This document shows, piece after piece, positions 46,850 through 55,784 of a DNA stretch of 64,000 bases. The first letter of the stretch is position 1. Every line of letters begins with the position of its first letter. Where the stretch lies: contig OZ245015.1 in NCBI GenBank assembly GCA_965223705.1, positions 3,392,001 to 3,456,000 of the forward strand. The letters are read 5' to 3'. Below the pieces are notes generated by a model, which saw only the letters and a program-made list of their open reading frames with translations, was not told the origin of the DNA and made no database searches. Source of the DNA: Myxococcota bacterium (GTDB lineage: Bacteria; Myxococcota_A; UBA9160; UBA6930). Both the position numbers and the translations under genes were made by a program.

Positions 46850-48127
46850 ATCGACGACGCAACTCGTACGTGGCATGAATGGCTCAGTTGGCTGGGTTTT
46901 TCCGCCTCGGCGGAGGAGCTCGCCGCCCTGCCCGGCCAGCTCGTGGGTCTCGCCGGCCTCGCCCTATTCGCCGCCGTGGCGTATCTCGTCGCTCACCGCA
47001 TTGTCCTGCGCCTCATCCGCGCCGGTATACAGCGCACGGCGACGAAGCTCGACGACGCGCTTGTCCGCGAGAAGGTGTTCGGGCGCCTCGCACACCTGGC
47101 CCCCGCTCTGGTCTTCTTCCTCGGAACCGGCCTTTTTCCGGAGATTCCCGAGACGATCCGGCTGATCGTCGAGCGCGTCGCGGTCTCCGTGATGATCGTC
47201 GTCGTCGTGCTCGGAATTTCGGGCTTCCTCAACGCGGTCAACACGGTCTACTCGCAAAACCCGGAGAATCGACACCGACCCATCAAGAGCTACGTGCAGG
47301 TCGCGAAGCTTGTACTGGTGTTCATCGCGGGGCTCCTGGTCGTCGCGACCTTGATGGATCGCTCCCCGCTTCTTTTCCTCTCCGGACTCGGTGCCGTGGC
47401 TGCTGTGCTGATGCTGGTCTTCCGCGACACGATCCTTTCATTGGTCGCGAGCGTACAGCTCACCAGTCACGACATGATCCACGTCGGCGATTGGATCGAG
47501 ATGCCCTCCTTCGGCGCGGACGGCGACGTGATCGACGTGGCGCTCCACACGGTCAAGGTCCAGAACTGGGACAAGACGATCACCACGATCCCGACGTACG
47601 CGCTGATCTCGAACTCGTTCAAGAACTGGCGAGGGATGTCGCGATCGGGCGGCCGGCGCATCAAACGGGCGCTCAACATCGACGTTCAGAGCGTGCGCTT
47701 CCTGACGGAATCCGAGATCGAGGCGTTCGGAACGCATCCGCTCCTCGGGGAGTACATCGCGGAAAAAATGGCCGAGCTCGAGCGCCACAACGAAGAGGCA
47801 CCGGCTTCGAAGAGGGAATCCCGCCGCCTTACGAATGTCGGAACGTTCCGCGCTTATATCGTCGCTTACCTGAGATCCCACGAGGCCATCCATCAAGGGA
47901 TGACGCTGCTCGTGCGCCAGCGCGACCCCACGGCCGAAGGGCTGCCCATCGAAGTCTATTGCTTTACACGATCGACGAAATGGGGGGTCTACGAAGACGT
48001 GCAGTCAGACGTCTTTGACCACCTCCTCGCGGTCGCTCCGCAATTCGACCTGCGTATCTTCCAGGCACCTTCGGGCTATGATCTGACGGGCTTCGCAAGA
48101 GGTGCCGCTGACCGGGAGCCGCATTGA
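46850..48127 (+). CDS. Mechanosensitive channel, MscS family (YbdG-like)
   Basis: SGLGAVAAVLMLVFRDTIL, GDWIEMP..GADGDV, TVKVQNWDKT, GGRRIKR, LTNVGTFRAY and GLPIEVYCF. The ORF track starts at 46943, but a probable ATC start lies at 46850 behind GGAGG. Confidence 0.9.
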   Translation: MDDATRTWHEWLSWLGFSASAEELAALPGQLVGLAGLALFAAVAYLVAHRIVLRLIRAGIQRTATKLDDALVREKVFGRLAHLAPALVFFLGTGLFPEIPETIRLIVERVAVSVMIVVVVLGISGFLNAVNTVYSQNPENRHRPIKSYVQVAKLVLVFIAGLLVVATLMDRSPLLFLSGLGAVAAVLMLVFRDTILSLVASVQLTSHDMIHVGDWIEMPSFGADGDVIDVALHTVKVQNWDKTITTIPTYALISNSFKNWRGMSRSGGRRIKRALNIDVQSVRFLTESEIEAFGTHPLLGEYIAEKMAELERHNEEAPASKRESRRLTNVGTFRAYIVAYLRSHEAIHQGMTLLVRQRDPTAEGLPIEVYCFTRSTKWGVYEDVQSDVFDHLLAVAPQFDLRIFQAPSGYDLTGFARGAADREPH

Positions 48128-48140
48128 GGAGGAAACCACC

Positions 48141-49784
48141 ATGGCCACAACAGCAACCCACGAGACCACGCTGCGAGCGGCAGCGTATGACTACGAGGTA
48201 ATCGTCATAGGCGCAGGGGTCTCCGGGATCTTCCAGTTGAAGCGGCTCAGCGACCTCGGCGTAAACGCGACGGTCATCGATGCCAACGACGGCCTTGGCG
48301 GCACCTGGTACAACAACCGCTACCCCGGGGCGCGATTCGACTCCGAAAGTTACACCTACGGCTATTCCATCGATCGAGAAATCCTCGACGAGTGGCACTG
48401 GAGTGAACGATTCTCGCCCCAGCCCGAGACGCTGCGCTACTTGAACTTCGTCGTCGACAAGTGGGGCCTTCGAGACCAGATGCAGCTCGGCTGTCGGGTC
48501 GAGTCCATGGTGTTCGACGAGAAGACCGACACTTGGCGTGTCTCACTCGGCGACGGACGCGTCCTCAACGCTCGCGTCGTCATCACGGGGTTGGGCCCGC
48601 TGTCGACGCCGACCTTGCCGAAAATCGAGGGAATGGACGATTTCCAGGGAGCGTCGTTCCATCCCGCGAATTGGCCCCACGAGCCCTTGCAACTCGCGGG
48701 CAAGCGCGTGGGCATCATCGGCACGGGCGCCACGGCGATCCAGATTATCCCAGAAGTCGCCAAGGAAGCGGATCACCTGACGGTCTTTCAGCGCCGAGCG
48801 AACTGGGCGGCTCCGCTCAACAATGGGCCGATCACAGAGGAAGAAATGGAGGCGATCCGGGCGCGCTACGACGAGATCTTTGAAGCTTGCGCGCAATCTC
48901 CCGCGGCCTTCGAGCACAAGCCGGACAACCGGAGCTTTTACGATGTCTCGCCTGAGGAGCGCCGCGAGTTTTGGGATCGTCTCTACGACGAACCCGGATT
49001 CAGCATCTGGCTCGCAAACTTCCCCGAGATCTTTATCGACGAGGAAGCCAATGCCGCAATCTCCGACTACATCGCGGATCGAATCCGCCAACGGGTCGAC
49101 GACCCGGAGATCGCGGAGAAGCTGATCCCCAAGGACCATGGCTTCGGGATCCAGCGGCTCCCCCTCGAAAGCGGGTATTTCGAGACCTACAACCGCGACA
49201 ATGTCGAGCTGGTCGACTCACAGGCGACTCCCATCGAGCGGATCACAGCGAACGGGTTGCGCACGTCGGACCGCGAGTTCGAGTTCGACGTCATCATCTA
49301 CGCGACGGGATTCGACGCGTTTACGGGGGCTTACGATCACATTGATATCCGAGGAATCGGTGGCCAGAAGCTTCGCGACCTGTGGGCCAACGGGCCGATC
49401 ACCTACCTCGGGATGCTGGTCAGCGGATTCCCGAACATGGCGATGCTCGGCGGTCCGCAGAGCGCTGCAGCGAACTTCCCGCGCGGCTCCGAAGTGGCCG
49501 TCGATTGGGTCCTCCCGCTGCTCCAGCACATGTGGGACAACGGCTTCACGCGGTTCAACGCGAAGAAGAATTCGCAACAAGAGTGGTTCGAGGAGGTCAA
49601 ATCGAGCTACGAGGGTCTACTTGCGAGCAAGGCGCAGAGCTGGATCACCGGCTACAACTCCAACTTGAAGGGCCACGAATACGGCCACACGCGATTCAAT
49701 ATCTTCGGGACGGGCGGCGTCGAGTACGCGAAACACTTGAGAAAGGCCGTCGAGGGCGGCTACCAAGGAGTCGAGTTCAGCTAA
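48141..49784 (+). CDS. Type I Baeyer-Villiger monooxygenase
   Basis: GAGVSG, GGTWYNNRYPGARFDS, FQGASFHPANWP, GTGATA and ATGFD. GAGGAGG RBS. Confidence 0.92.
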   Translation: MATTATHETTLRAAAYDYEVIVIGAGVSGIFQLKRLSDLGVNATVIDANDGLGGTWYNNRYPGARFDSESYTYGYSIDREILDEWHWSERFSPQPETLRYLNFVVDKWGLRDQMQLGCRVESMVFDEKTDTWRVSLGDGRVLNARVVITGLGPLSTPTLPKIEGMDDFQGASFHPANWPHEPLQLAGKRVGIIGTGATAIQIIPEVAKEADHLTVFQRRANWAAPLNNGPITEEEMEAIRARYDEIFEACAQSPAAFEHKPDNRSFYDVSPEERREFWDRLYDEPGFSIWLANFPEIFIDEEANAAISDYIADRIRQRVDDPEIAEKLIPKDHGFGIQRLPLESGYFETYNRDNVELVDSQATPIERITANGLRTSDREFEFDVIIYATGFDAFTGAYDHIDIRGIGGQKLRDLWANGPITYLGMLVSGFPNMAMLGGPQSAAANFPRGSEVAVDWVLPLLQHMWDNGFTRFNAKKNSQQEWFEEVKSSYEGLLASKAQSWITGYNSNLKGHEYGHTRFNIFGTGGVEYAKHLRKAVEGGYQGVEFS

Positions 49785-49805
49785 GCGACGCGTCGCATGT
49801 AGACG

Positions 49806-50621
49806 TCACAAGGCGTGATCAAACGCGCGGCTGATTCGGTCCGCCCTGCGCTCGAAGTACCTGGCGGCGTCTTTGTGCGTGTGGATGTACAGCTCATTGC
49901 GCCGGATCGCGCCCACCACCAACTCCGCGACGGAATCCGCGGTTAGCGTGGCGCCGTCGAGATTCGCGCGCTCTTCCTCCGTATACGTACGGTTTGCGGT
50001 GGGGCCGCCGAGAGAATCCGGCCGGTTGCGACTGCTGAAATCGATATTGCTCGTGACCCGCATCGGACACAACACCGATACCCCGATGCCCTGGTCGCGC
50101 ACATCCTTGTGTAGCGACTCAGCGAGCGCCACGGTCGCGGCTTTCGTCACGTTGTAGACGCCGAGATCACGGTTGGGCACGAGCCCGGCGAAGCTCGCGG
50201 TAAACAGGACGTGACCTCCGTTCCCCGCAGCGACCATTCGGGGAAGGAACGCCTCGACCCCGTGAATACACCCCCACAAGTTGACCTGCATCAGCCATTC
50301 CCAGTCGTGATGCGTCATCTCATGCGTCGGACCGAAAACAGCGACCCCCGCGTTGTTCATAACAATGTCGACCTGGCCGTACCGATCCCAGGCGAAGTCC
50401 GCCAAACCGATCACCGCCTCCCGCTGGGCGACATCGGTCACGAGACCGCACGCTTCGATGCCTTCACGACGTAGGGAATCGACCGTCGAATCGAGCAGAG
50501 GCTGCTCGATATCAGCGAGGACCAGCTTGGCGCCCCCGCGAGCCAACGCCCGCCCGGTGGCGAGACCGATACCGCTCGCGCCACCGGTGATCACTGCCAC
50601 TTTGTCTTTGAAGTCTTCCAT
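49806..50621 (-). CDS. Short-chain dehydrogenase/reductase
   Basis: TGGASGIG, NNAGV and YNVTKAA. Confidence 0.92.
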   Translation of the reverse strand: MEDFKDKVAVITGGASGIGLATGRALARGGAKLVLADIEQPLLDSTVDSLRREGIEACGLVTDVAQREAVIGLADFAWDRYGQVDIVMNNAGVAVFGPTHEMTHHDWEWLMQVNLWGCIHGVEAFLPRMVAAGNGGHVLFTASFAGLVPNRDLGVYNVTKAATVALAESLHKDVRDQGIGVSVLCPMRVTSNIDFSSRNRPDSLGGPTANRTYTEEERANLDGATLTADSVAELVVGAIRRNELYIHTHKDAARYFERRADRISRAFDHAL

Positions 50622-51910
50622 TACGCACGCCCCGCTTCGGCATCCATGAGGTCTTCGTACAAGGCCAAAGCTCGATCTCGAGCGGCGGGCACGTGGTAGT
50701 CGGGGAATATCTCGTCGCCCGGCTTGAATTCTTTGAGCACTTCACGGGCAACCGTAACTTTGTGGACCTCGGTCGGGCCGTCCGCGAGCCCGATGTGGAA
50801 GGAGTTGATCACCCAATCGGCGAACGGCATTTCCGTGCTGATACCGAGGGAGCCGTGCAAGTGCAACGCGCGTGAGGCGATGTCGTTCAGCACCTTGGGC
50901 ATCGTCGCCTTGACCGCAGCGATGTGTTTTCGCACCGCCCTGTAATCGTGGCCCTGATCGATCAACCAGGCAGTCTCCAGCACCATCAACCGAAACTGGC
51001 GCAGCTGAATCCACGAATCGGCGATTTTCTCCTGGACCATTTGCTTCCTCGCGAGTTGCTCGCCTTTCGTGGTGCGCGACAGCACCCGTTCGCACATCAT
51101 TTCGAGCGCGCGCTTCGATTGCGCCACCGTCCGCATCGCGTGGTGTAGGCGCCCACCGCCCAGGCGGACCTGAGCGACGACGAAGGCATCGCCGCGTTCG
51201 CCCAGCATGTTTTCGTGGGGCACCCGGACCTGGTTGTATCTCATGTACGCGTGTGTCGACTCGGGTTCGCCATAAAACGTCAGGTTGCGATCGATCTCGA
51301 CACCGGGTGTGTCCGCCGGAACGATGAACATCGACATCCGCCGGTACGGCTCGGCCTCTGGGTCGGTCACAGCCATCACGATGAAAAACGAGGCGTAGCG
51401 GGCATTGGACGAAAACCATTTTTCGCCGTCGATCACCCACTCGTCTCCGTCACGATGAGCACTCGTTTTAAACACCAGAGGGTCGGCGCCACCCTGCGGT
51501 TCGGTCATCGAAAAACAGGACACGATCCGATTGTCGAGCAGGGGCTCTAGGAAAACCCGCTTCTGTTCGGGCGTCCCGTAATGCGACAGAATCTCCGCGT
51601 TGCCCGTGTCCGGCGCCTGCGCTCCGAAGACGATGGGGCCGAAGCGCGACTGGCCGAACAGCTCGTTCATCAGTGCGAGCTTGACCTGGCCGTAACCACG
51701 CCCGCCGAGTTCGGGCCCGAGGTGGCAAGCCCATAGACCGCGCTCCTTGACCTCCGCCTGCAGCGGGCGTACGAGCTTCTCGAACCGAGGGTCGTGGATA
51801 TTCCACTGGCTGCCGAGAATGTGGTCGAGCGGCTCGACCCGCTCCCGCACGAACAGATCGATCCAGTCGAGTTGCTTTTGGAATTCGGGTTCCGTCGAAA
51901 AATCCCACAT
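50621..51910 (-). CDS. Acyl-CoA dehydrogenase (ACAD10/11-like)
   Basis: QAPDTGNAE, CFSMTEP, GEKWFSS, AQVRLGGGRLHH and LADGPTEVH. Confidence 0.92.
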   Translation of the reverse strand: MWDFSTEPEFQKQLDWIDLFVRERVEPLDHILGSQWNIHDPRFEKLVRPLQAEVKERGLWACHLGPELGGRGYGQVKLALMNELFGQSRFGPIVFGAQAPDTGNAEILSHYGTPEQKRVFLEPLLDNRIVSCFSMTEPQGGADPLVFKTSAHRDGDEWVIDGEKWFSSNARYASFFIVMAVTDPEAEPYRRMSMFIVPADTPGVEIDRNLTFYGEPESTHAYMRYNQVRVPHENMLGERGDAFVVAQVRLGGGRLHHAMRTVAQSKRALEMMCERVLSRTTKGEQLARKQMVQEKIADSWIQLRQFRLMVLETAWLIDQGHDYRAVRKHIAAVKATMPKVLNDIASRALHLHGSLGISTEMPFADWVINSFHIGLADGPTEVHKVTVAREVLKEFKPGDEIFPDYHVPAARDRALALYEDLMDAEAGRA

Positions 51911-52019
51911 AGTCCTTCTTCACCTCGAGTGAGTCGTGAGAGTCTAACAAGCGCGCGAGAGTCGTGAGCGAGGGGTGTTACAGTGGCGCCGCCCCCACGA
52001 CTCGAACTCGGAGACCAAA

Positions 52020-52589
52020 GTGCCACAGCCCGAGACGCCCGAACCGGTTGCGCGATTCGTCGAACGGGTAACGCAGTCGCTCGAAAGCTCAAAAGCCGAG
52101 GAGAAGTTCCTGCCCCGAATTGGCGAAGCCATGCAAGCATTGGTTTCGACCGATGACTGGCTCCCCGAGGATCTCGCCCGACCGCACCCACAGCACTACC
52201 AGCAATACCTGATCTACGCAGCGCCGGACGACCGGTTCTCTCTGGTCAGCTTCGTATGGGGGCCCGGCCAAGAAACGCCGATTCACGATCACACCGTCTG
52301 GGGCGTAATCGGGGTCCTGCGCGGCGCCGAGATCTCGCAACGCTACGAGATCTCGGTCGACGGGGTCCCTTGCGCGACGGGTGACGCTGTCGAACTCGCG
52401 CCCGGTGCCGTCGAGTTCGTTTCACCGCGGGTCGGCGACGTGCACAAAGTCAGAAATCCGCGGAGTGCACCTTCGATCAGCATTCACGCCTACGGCGCCA
52501 ACATCGGCAAGGTGCGGCGCCACGTATTCCCGCCCGAGGGCGGCGCTCCGAAGCTATTCGTCTCGGGGTATACAAACGGCGATCACTAG
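52020..52589 (+). CDS. Thiol dioxygenase, Gln-type (3-mercaptopropionate dioxygenase-like)
   Basis: YQQYL, FVWGPGQETPIHDHTVWG, DVHKV (3-His Fe site) and SIHAYG (S-H-Y triad). GGAG before GTG 52020. Confidence 0.88.
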   Translation: MPQPETPEPVARFVERVTQSLESSKAEEKFLPRIGEAMQALVSTDDWLPEDLARPHPQHYQQYLIYAAPDDRFSLVSFVWGPGQETPIHDHTVWGVIGVLRGAEISQRYEISVDGVPCATGDAVELAPGAVEFVSPRVGDVHKVRNPRSAPSISIHAYGANIGKVRRHVFPPEGGAPKLFVSGYTNGDH

Positions 52590-52601
52590 CCTGGATTCCC
52601 G

Positions 52602-54191
52602 ATGAACGTACGTGACTACGCGTGGGTCCGTTCGAAGCTGTTGCGGCGGGAAGAAATCGCATTCCTCGACGTACGAGAGGAAGCGCGCCACGCAGAGGGA
52701 CACCCCCTGTTCGCCGCGAACCTTCCCGCCACCCGTATCGAGCTCGACGCGTACACCAAGCTGCCGCGTCGCGATGCTCCAATCGTGACATTCGACGCTG
52801 GCGAGGGGCTCGCAGAGACGGCTGGCGAGCGCCTCGAGAACCTCGGATACGCCGATGTCAGTGTGTTCCGAGACGGACTCGAAGGCTGGAAGGCTGCCGG
52901 GGGCGAGGTGTTCATCGATGTCAATGTGCCGAGCAAAGCCTTTGGCGAGCTGATGGAATCCGTCTGCCGTACGCCTTCGTATTCGGCGGAGGAAGTTCAG
53001 GCGCTGATCGACGCCGGAGAAGACATCGTCATCGTCGATGTGCGCCGGTTCGACGAGTATCAGACGATGTGCATCCCCACGGCGATCCATGTGCCCGGAG
53101 CGGAGGTCGTGTTGCGGGCGCCCGAGTTCGCTCCTCGCCCGGATACCCGGGTCGTCGTCAACTGTGCCGGGAGAACCCGCAGCTTGATCGGCTGCCAATC
53201 GCTCATTCACGCCCAGATCCCGAACCCCGTTGTGGCGCTGCGCAACGGAACGATCGGGTGGACCCTAGCGGGCCAGTCGTTGGACTTCGGACAAGCACGA
53301 ACTTCCGTCGCCTCGTTGCCAGAAACATCGAAAGAAGTCGCGCGTCGCCGCGCCCGGGCTGTGGCGGACCGGGCTTCCGTAAAACGCGTCGACACGGAAA
53401 CCCTCGCGCGCTGGTCTCAGCAGGAGGGCCGCACGACCTACGCTTTCGATGTCCGCACCGAAACGGAATACGCGGACGGCCACGTTCCGGGGTTCCTCTC
53501 GGTCCCCGGTGGTCAACTCGTCCAGGAGACGGAGATGTACGCCCCCGTCCGAGGCGCGCGAATCGCACTGGCCGACGATGACGGCGTGCGCGCCAACATG
53601 TCGGCCTCGTGGCTCGCCCAGATGGCCTGGGACGTCTACGTCGTCGATGGCCTGCAAGCGTTGGATTTCAGCGAAGAGGGTCCGTGGGTCCCACCTCTTC
53701 CGCCGCTGCCCAACAACCGCAGAGTCACCCCCGACGCGGCACGTGAGTGGCTACTCGCGTGCGAAGCGACCGTCGTGGATGTCGCAAAGTTCGCTGAGTT
53801 CAGGACCGGCCACGTTCCGGGCGCGTGGTACATGCTCCGTTCCGAACTCTCCAAAGCCGTCCCGCTGCTCCCGAACACTCCGCGCTATGTCGTAACGAGC
53901 GGCGATGGCCTATTGGCAGAGCTCGTCGCTCCGGAACTCGCCCCACGGGTCGAGGGTGAGGTCAACGTGCTGGAAGGCGGAACCTCCGCGTGGGCGCAGG
54001 CGGGCCATCCTTTGGAATCCGGTGAGGTCCACTTGGCTTCCTCGCCCATCGACCGCTACCGGAGACCCTACGAGGGAACCGACGCGAGTCCCGAAGCGAT
54101 GCAGGCGTATCTCGATTGGGAGTTCGGGCTCATCGAGCAACTCGAGCGCGACGGAACCCATCACTTCAAACCCATGCCGCCCGCGAGATGA
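52602..54191 (+). CDS. Four-domain rhodanese-related sulfurtransferase
   Basis: Repeated DVR motifs, NCAGRTRS active loop, GHVPG twice, LEGGTSAW, and C-terminal MQAYLDWE. Confidence 0.9.
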   Translation: MNVRDYAWVRSKLLRREEIAFLDVREEARHAEGHPLFAANLPATRIELDAYTKLPRRDAPIVTFDAGEGLAETAGERLENLGYADVSVFRDGLEGWKAAGGEVFIDVNVPSKAFGELMESVCRTPSYSAEEVQALIDAGEDIVIVDVRRFDEYQTMCIPTAIHVPGAEVVLRAPEFAPRPDTRVVVNCAGRTRSLIGCQSLIHAQIPNPVVALRNGTIGWTLAGQSLDFGQARTSVASLPETSKEVARRRARAVADRASVKRVDTETLARWSQQEGRTTYAFDVRTETEYADGHVPGFLSVPGGQLVQETEMYAPVRGARIALADDDGVRANMSASWLAQMAWDVYVVDGLQALDFSEEGPWVPPLPPLPNNRRVTPDAAREWLLACEATVVDVAKFAEFRTGHVPGAWYMLRSELSKAVPLLPNTPRYVVTSGDGLLAELVAPELAPRVEGEVNVLEGGTSAWAQAGHPLESGEVHLASSPIDRYRRPYEGTDASPEAMQAYLDWEFGLIEQLERDGTHHFKPMPPAR

Positions 54192-54206
54192 CACACGGAG
54201 GATCGT

Positions 54207-54698
54207 ATGCCCGGTTCGCTTACCACACAGGATCAGCTTGACATTGCCCACACCATTCAAGAGGTAGCGAGGGCTTTTGACGAAAAGCTGCATCACGAGC
54301 TGTTGCCGACAGTATTCACCGACGACGCGAGCGTCTTGTACCGCCTACGCGGACAACGCTTCGACTTTTCCATGCCGGAAGGTCCCGGCAAAGTGAAATC
54401 CTTCCACGATCTCTGTTACTGGACCCAACACCTGGTGTCGCCTCATGTCCTCTCGATCGACGGCGACCGCGCGACTGCCAGAACGCCGGTGCATGCCCTG
54501 CATCTACAGGTTCGAAACGACGGCTCACACAACCAATGGGTCATCGGCGCCGTCTACCACGACGAACTCGTGCGCCGAGACAACCGGTGGCGAATCGCCA
54601 AGCGCCTCGCGCTCTGTCCTTACGTGGAAGGCGACTTGCTGACCCGCGGCGTCCGGTCCTTCCCGAACTTGCCGGATCTCGATCGCGAAACGATTTAG
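54207..54698 (+). CDS. SnoaL-like (NTF2) domain protein
   Basis: ARAFDEK, VFTDDA, WTQHLV and YHDELVR..WRI..R. Confidence 0.82.
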   Translation: MPGSLTTQDQLDIAHTIQEVARAFDEKLHHELLPTVFTDDASVLYRLRGQRFDFSMPEGPGKVKSFHDLCYWTQHLVSPHVLSIDGDRATARTPVHALHLQVRNDGSHNQWVIGAVYHDELVRRDNRWRIAKRLALCPYVEGDLLTRGVRSFPNLPDLDRETI

Positions 54699-54711
54699 CT
54701 CCTCGTCGGCC

Positions 54712-55224
54712 CTAGGGCAGGCGGATTTCGAGGAGCAACCATCGATTCGAATCGTCGAGGGGCTCTGCGCGGATGGCTCGAGTCGGGCGCACAGTCAGCT
54801 CCCTCCGGGCTTCGGTGATCCGTTGAACGACGTCTCCTCGCTCATTCTGGTGGACGAGCTCAACGCGAAGCTCACGACGGGGTCGCTCCTGAAGGACGGT
54901 GATGGCGAGTTCTCCATCCGGGAGAGCCAATCGGAGCTTCTGATCGAAGGTTGTGCCGCGGTCGATGGACGCTATGTGCTCGACTTCGCGCGCCTCGGCC
55001 AGTTCTGAAAGGCGTTCGAAGCGGGCGCGCTCGGTGGCTTCCGCGAGCTCCTCGCCCAGCTCAAGCGCGACGTCGAGGATCTGCGCTTTCACGATCAGCG
55101 ATCGCGCTCCGGGTTTTCCGATAGGGATCCGGTACTGCGTATAGCCCGGCTGGGAGACAAGCCCCGCGGAAGCAACCACAAGCAGGGCGAAGGCGGACGG
55201 AAGCCAGCGAAAGAGACGGAACAT
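54712..55224 (-). CDS. Hypothetical exported protein
   Basis: AAAGGAG RBS before ATG 55224 and a signal-peptide-like N-terminus. No recognised domain. Confidence 0.55.
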   Translation of the reverse strand: MFRLFRWLPSAFALLVVASAGLVSQPGYTQYRIPIGKPGARSLIVKAQILDVALELGEELAEATERARFERLSELAEAREVEHIASIDRGTTFDQKLRLALPDGELAITVLQERPRRELRVELVHQNERGDVVQRITEARRELTVRPTRAIRAEPLDDSNRWLLLEIRLP

Positions 55225-55332
55225 CGGAGCTCCTTTTCGTTGCCCATTCTGACGCCGGAGGCTCGCTAGAAGTTCACCACGACGAGGCTCTCGACTTCGA
55301 TAACATGCGGGCTGCCTGCGGAGGAGGATCAC

Positions 55333-55770
55333 ATGGGTGAGCCGACGATGGCCTACAGCGGCCGTTGCTACAGCAGCGGCATTACCGGGCGTTCCATCTG
55401 TAACGCACGACACCACCACTTTGTGAGCGACGATACCGGCGGCGATGCGGTCGGCGCGGGCGAGCTGTTCTGCGCAGGGCTCTCCGCCTGCGCAGTGAAT
55501 CTCACCGAACGGATCGCGCGCACTGAAGAGCGTCCGCTCCACAGTATGGACGTCACGGTCAGCGCGTGGCGCGATATGGAAAAGGTCCCGAGCGACCTCA
55601 CCCTGTATGACGCCATCCGGATCGAGATCGAGCTCTGGGGCGTTACCGACAAGGACGCGGAGTACCTGGTAGAAACCTGGAAGTCTCGCTGACCCATCTA
55701 CGGCTCAGTCGCGGTCGCGACTGCAGAGACAACCGTCAAAGTCGTTTCACATCAGCAAGAGCGGCCCTAG
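55333..55770 (+). CDS. OsmC/Ohr-like protein, probable selenoprotein (Sec at TGA 55690-55692)
   Basis: GAGGAGG RBS; GELFCAGLSAC first-Cys motif; reading through TGA gives WKSR-U-PIYGSV, equivalent to the second OsmC Cys (CP). The frame stays open to TAG 55768-55770, 14 nt before the next gene. Confidence 0.82.
55693..55723 (+). other. Candidate bacterial SECIS hairpin
   Basis: CAGTCGC-GGTC-GCGACTG (55706-55723) is a perfect 7-bp stem. Its GGUC loop begins 20 nt after the TGA. Confidence 0.75.
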
Positions 55771-55784
55771 CCGAAAGGAATCCC

